Shown: one piece after another, positions 60,320 through 64,000 of the stretch
Position numbering within the stretch: position 1 is the stretch's first letter
How the letters are laid out: each line of letters begins with the position of its first letter
Assembly (NCBI GenBank): GCA_965214095.1
Contig: OZ243938.1
Coordinates: 2,400,001-2,464,000, forward strand
Direction: 5' to 3'
DNA: 64,000 nt
DNA from: Candidatus Poribacteria bacterium
Lineage (GTDB): Bacteria > Poribacteria > WGA-4E > WGA-3G
Made by a program: the position numbers and the translations under genes
The notes under the pieces: model-generated
Databases searched by the model: none
What the model saw: the letters and a program-made list of their open reading frames with translations, nothing else
Told to the model about the DNA's origin: nothing

Positions 60320-61654
60320 ATGCTTCGATGGAATATAAAGTTAACATTAATTTTGGTCATAATTCAATGTGTTGTATTGCTTCGTGTAGACGCACAAGAA
60401 CCACAGGAAATTGACCTTTCGCAACCACTAACCCTTGAACAGTGTATTCAGTTGGGATTGGAAAAGTCAACAAGTATGCGAAATTCCCGATTGAGCCTCG
60501 CTATTCAGGAACTCCGTCTGAAAAATGCTCGGGCAGATTATTTTCCAATTATCACCTCCTCTGGAAACTACAACTTTAATGATCGTCTTGACTTCGGGTT
60601 TGAACCTGAGAACTACGGTTTAGGGTTGACAGGACGGTATACACTCTGGGATAATGGACAACGTGAAGTGGGTCTTGCACAAGCGAAAGAAGGATTAAAA
60701 GCCACAACCAACAGGAATGAAGGGATAAAACAGAACGTAATTTTACAAATCACACAAGCATATTATAATGTACTTAAAGATACTGACCTTGTTAAAGTTA
60801 GCGAAGATGTGTTAGCACGTTCAATGGAGGACACCGAGCAAACAATTGCTCTGAAAGAAGCGGGTGTACTTATTCCTGCTGATGTCGCAACTGCAAGAGT
60901 TCGTCAAGCAAATAACGAATTGTCATTGGTAAACAATCAAAATGCACTGCAAATCTCACAAGCAACTTTGCCACGCCTCATGGGGTTAGACCCAGGATTG
61001 CTAATTACCGTAGCAGTTGACGAATCCTTTCAACTCTATCTGGATAGAGGAACTATTGAAAAAATACAAATTACTGTGGAAGAAGCCATACAAACAGCAT
61101 TTGATAATCGTCCTGAATTTAAGGAAACTGAAGCATCACTTAAACAGCAGGAATGGAGTTTAACACTATCAAAATTACAACGTTGGCCCCGATTGAGTGC
61201 AAATGCAAACTATAATGTAGACCTGGATGCTTATCTTCGCGAACGGGTAAATTTCTCAGATTTTCGGAGTTGGAGTGTCGGAGCCTCTATAAACTTTACA
61301 CTTTATGATGGTGGTGTATTAGGCAATGTTGTTAAGGAACGGAGTATGCAGTTAGAACAGGCACGTGAAAATGCAAGCGATTTGGAGCGGTCAGTTGCCC
61401 TTGATGTTCGACAAAGTTATCTAAATCTGAAACGCAGTGAAACCGTTGTAGAAATCTCTAACACACAGGTAATAAACGCACAACTGAGTTTAGATGTCAT
61501 TCAAGGAAGGTATAGAGTGGGGAAAGCCATTCTGCTTGAAGTGCTTGATGCACAAACAAGTTATGCACAGTCATTGACAAATCAGGTAAATGCGTTCTAC
61601 GATTACAAAATTGCATTCGCACGATTGCAGGATGCAATGGGAGTCTTACAGTAA
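60320..61654 (+). CDS. TolC-family outer membrane efflux protein
   Basis: Signal peptide, LTLEQCI, two OEP repeats, LEVLDAQ. Confidence 0.9.
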   Translation: MLRWNIKLTLILVIIQCVVLLRVDAQEPQEIDLSQPLTLEQCIQLGLEKSTSMRNSRLSLAIQELRLKNARADYFPIITSSGNYNFNDRLDFGFEPENYGLGLTGRYTLWDNGQREVGLAQAKEGLKATTNRNEGIKQNVILQITQAYYNVLKDTDLVKVSEDVLARSMEDTEQTIALKEAGVLIPADVATARVRQANNELSLVNNQNALQISQATLPRLMGLDPGLLITVAVDESFQLYLDRGTIEKIQITVEEAIQTAFDNRPEFKETEASLKQQEWSLTLSKLQRWPRLSANANYNVDLDAYLRERVNFSDFRSWSVGASINFTLYDGGVLGNVVKERSMQLEQARENASDLERSVALDVRQSYLNLKRSETVVEISNTQVINAQLSLDVIQGRYRVGKAILLEVLDAQTSYAQSLTNQVNAFYDYKIAFARLQDAMGVLQ

Positions 61655-61656
61655 TC

Positions 61657-63612
61657 ATGAAGATTGGCAGAAAGTGGTTCATATTCGGTTCCATCGGTAT
61701 AGTAGCAATAGTGATTGGAGTGATAGGTGCGACTCAAATTAAATTTGGAAATAATAATAATGATGAAGAGGACAAGCGAGAAGTTGTCCGCCGTGGTGAA
61801 TTCCTTGTAAAAGTTCAAGAGTCTGGCAGACTTCGTTCCCTTGTTGAGGTAGATGTCCGTTCAAACGTAGAAGGCGAAATCCTTGAGATTTTCGTTGAAG
61901 AATCCGAACTTGTTCAAGAGGGTGCCCCACTCCTTAAAATTGACGATGAACAGATTATAGAGGATATGAATCAGGCAAAAGCCTATCGGGATGCGCGAAA
62001 AGCTGAATTAGATCAATCTGAACTCCGTATACAGATAGCAGAAAAACGCGAAACAAGCGGTCTTCTTCAGGCAAAAAATGCTGTTGCCAAATCTAAGGCA
62101 TCTCTCGTTTCTTTTGCTGCAAACAAACAACAACGTATCACCGAGGCAGAGACTCTTGTTGCAACGACACAAAATCTGCTCAACCGAGATAAAATCTCTC
62201 TAAAGCAGGATGAGATTTCTCTAACACAGGCAAAACTAACGCTTGATCGCGCCAATGTAAATGTCCAATCTGCAAAGATTACACTTGAAACAACTCAAGC
62301 AGAACATAAACGGAATGAAGAATTATACAAACAGGAATTAATATCAAAGCAGGCATTAGAGCAATCACAAAAACAACTCGTCCTGAATACATCGCAATAT
62401 GAGACTGCCCAGAAAGAGGTTGAGTCTCAAAAGGAAACCATTAAATCTCGAGAAGAAAATATCAATGCGATGAAGGAGGCGATTCAGAGTAGAGAGTCAA
62501 CGATTGCCCTACATAAAAAGAATGTTCAAACAATTATAGAGACGCAAAATGCATTGGAAGAACAGCTAAAAGCAGATTTAGAAAATACACAAACTCGACT
62601 AAAACAAACTGAAGAGACGACTGAGGAAGAAAAGGATCTGACAAAACATTCCAAAGTCAGCGCACAAGCTAACCTCCTTCAAGCTGATAGTCGGTTGAAA
62701 TCTCAGCAGGAAAGGTACGCTTGGACAACGGTTAAAGCACCGATGTCTGGGACAATTACTCGCATATCTGTGGAAGAGGGTGAGATTATCACCTCTGGAC
62801 GTTCAGCATTCTCACGAGGTGAAGCTATCATGCGTATCGCCGACCTTACGAAGATGATAGTCATAACGCAAATTAATCAGGTGGAAATCGGTAAAATAGA
62901 TGAGGATCAGCGCGTAGAAATCCGTGTTGATAGTTATCGAAATAAGGTATTTAATGGTAGAGTGAGTGAAATATCTCCCAGTTCCACTCATCGTCCACAA
63001 GGTGGCGGCGGCGTAATTACCTTTGAGATAGAAATTGAAGTAGATATATCAGATGAAGAATACCAACTATTGCCGGGTATGTCTGCTGATGTGGATATCA
63101 TAGTCTTTGAAAAATCGGATATCCTTCAAATACCAATAGCAGCAGTTTTAAGCCCGGAGGTTTTTACAGTTAAAGCGACAGTAAATCCGGATATGCTTGG
63201 ACAGTTTCAACAAGGACAGCGGCTCAAAGTCCAAAATCTTATAGGTGATCAGTTTGCTGGACAAGTTAGTAAGACCTCACCATCCGAAACTCGCGGCAAT
63301 CTTGAAATCTTGTTTGACGAACCGCCAAAAGGTATGCGTCCAGGTCCTACAGAAATTGCGATTGTAATATCTGAAAATAATCGGTTGTCTAATATTGAAG
63401 CAGAAATCAGGAGTGAACGTCAGCATTTTGTCAAACTTGACACAGGGGAACCATCAAAGAAGAACGGTGAAAAAGGTGTAAAAACGCATATTAAAGTCGG
63501 TAGACGTAACAAGACACACTTTGAAATCGTACACGGACTTAAAGAGGGTGATCGCGTCTTTGTACCTTCCATGATGGAATTAACAAAAGGTGAGAAAAAT
63601 AAGGATAAATAA
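61657..63612 (+). CDS. Efflux periplasmic adaptor (MacA/HlyD-like) with very long coiled coil
   Basis: N-terminal TM, split lipoyl motif, KAPMSG, LPGMSA, GLKEGD. Confidence 0.88.
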   Translation: MKIGRKWFIFGSIGIVAIVIGVIGATQIKFGNNNNDEEDKREVVRRGEFLVKVQESGRLRSLVEVDVRSNVEGEILEIFVEESELVQEGAPLLKIDDEQIIEDMNQAKAYRDARKAELDQSELRIQIAEKRETSGLLQAKNAVAKSKASLVSFAANKQQRITEAETLVATTQNLLNRDKISLKQDEISLTQAKLTLDRANVNVQSAKITLETTQAEHKRNEELYKQELISKQALEQSQKQLVLNTSQYETAQKEVESQKETIKSREENINAMKEAIQSRESTIALHKKNVQTIIETQNALEEQLKADLENTQTRLKQTEETTEEEKDLTKHSKVSAQANLLQADSRLKSQQERYAWTTVKAPMSGTITRISVEEGEIITSGRSAFSRGEAIMRIADLTKMIVITQINQVEIGKIDEDQRVEIRVDSYRNKVFNGRVSEISPSSTHRPQGGGGVITFEIEIEVDISDEEYQLLPGMSADVDIIVFEKSDILQIPIAAVLSPEVFTVKATVNPDMLGQFQQGQRLKVQNLIGDQFAGQVSKTSPSETRGNLEILFDEPPKGMRPGPTEIAIVISENNRLSNIEAEIRSERQHFVKLDTGEPSKKNGEKGVKTHIKVGRRNKTHFEIVHGLKEGDRVFVPSMMELTKGEKNKDK

Positions 63613-63632
63613 ATCCAAGAAATTAGTTCAAT

Positions 63633-63748
63633 AATACCATTTCTAATTGAAAACACCGCATTTTTGTAGCACAAACTGCCAGTTTGTGCAGTCCTTCAAG
63701 ACATTCTTAACAAATGTTAATGGGATAAACATTTATAGAAATGGTACA
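63633..63748. repeat. MITE family A (116 bp), copy 2, inside the efflux operon
   Basis: Near-identical to 44125-44240. Confidence 0.88.
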
Positions 63749-63807
63749 ACAATACACTCCTGATGTAACACTTTCAACACATGGACAAAGGAGGAAAATA
63801 ACGCAAA

Positions 63808-64000
63808 ATGTTAATTGATGTCAAAGACATAACAAAAGTATATGAGATGGGTGATGTGCAGGTGCATGCATTACGAGGCGTTACCTTCACTGTAGAACCC
63901 GGTGAATTTATTGCCATTATGGGACCTTCAGGTTCTGGTAAATCTACTATGATGGATATCTTGGGATGCCTTGCCACTCCGACAGCAGGTGAATATTTCC
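63808..64000 (+). CDS. MacB/LolD-like ABC ATP-binding protein, 3' truncated
   Basis: [29 protein letters not shown]. Confidence 0.9.
   Translation, partial: MLIDVKDITKVYEMGDVQVHALRGVTFTVEPGEFIAIMGPSGSGKSTMMDILGCLATPTAGEYF

Overview
A 64-kb, roughly 40% GC bacterial window, most likely Candidatus Poribacteria. This is inferred from a LamG protein with the C-terminal 'AVEP..KLTT.WG.LK' motif, a CRTAC1/ASPIC-UnbV protein, an internalin-like LRR array, and Uma2 and PhyH genes. Most genes are metabolic or housekeeping: two enolase-superfamily dehydratases, CBS-CBS-korAB, murB, a DtxR-regulated Mn/Fe ABC operon with a VIT1 gene, two HtrA proteases, DinG, BatA, and TolC/MFP/ABC efflux. Accessory content includes an FRG-TPR-membrane operon, a fused MNT-HEPN gene, an orphan Rpn C-terminal gene, an HNH pair and four tandem LRR genes. 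The least explained structure is in the mobile DNA. (1) Several unrelated TIR-bounded miniature elements each carry a GTAG-led REP-type hairpin; they nest in one another, and one has duplicated 18-22 bp of a hairpin target symmetrically. (2) A decayed IS200/IS605 tnpB element sits about 5 codons into murB, and its right end now supplies the in-frame start. (3) An IS607 encodes a pro-Fanzor-type TnpB whose ORF overlaps tnpA by 515 nt. (4) An IS5 is inserted inside the terminal repeat of a MITE. I found no rRNA, tRNA or CRISPR array. All family assignments come from motif recognition, not database searches.
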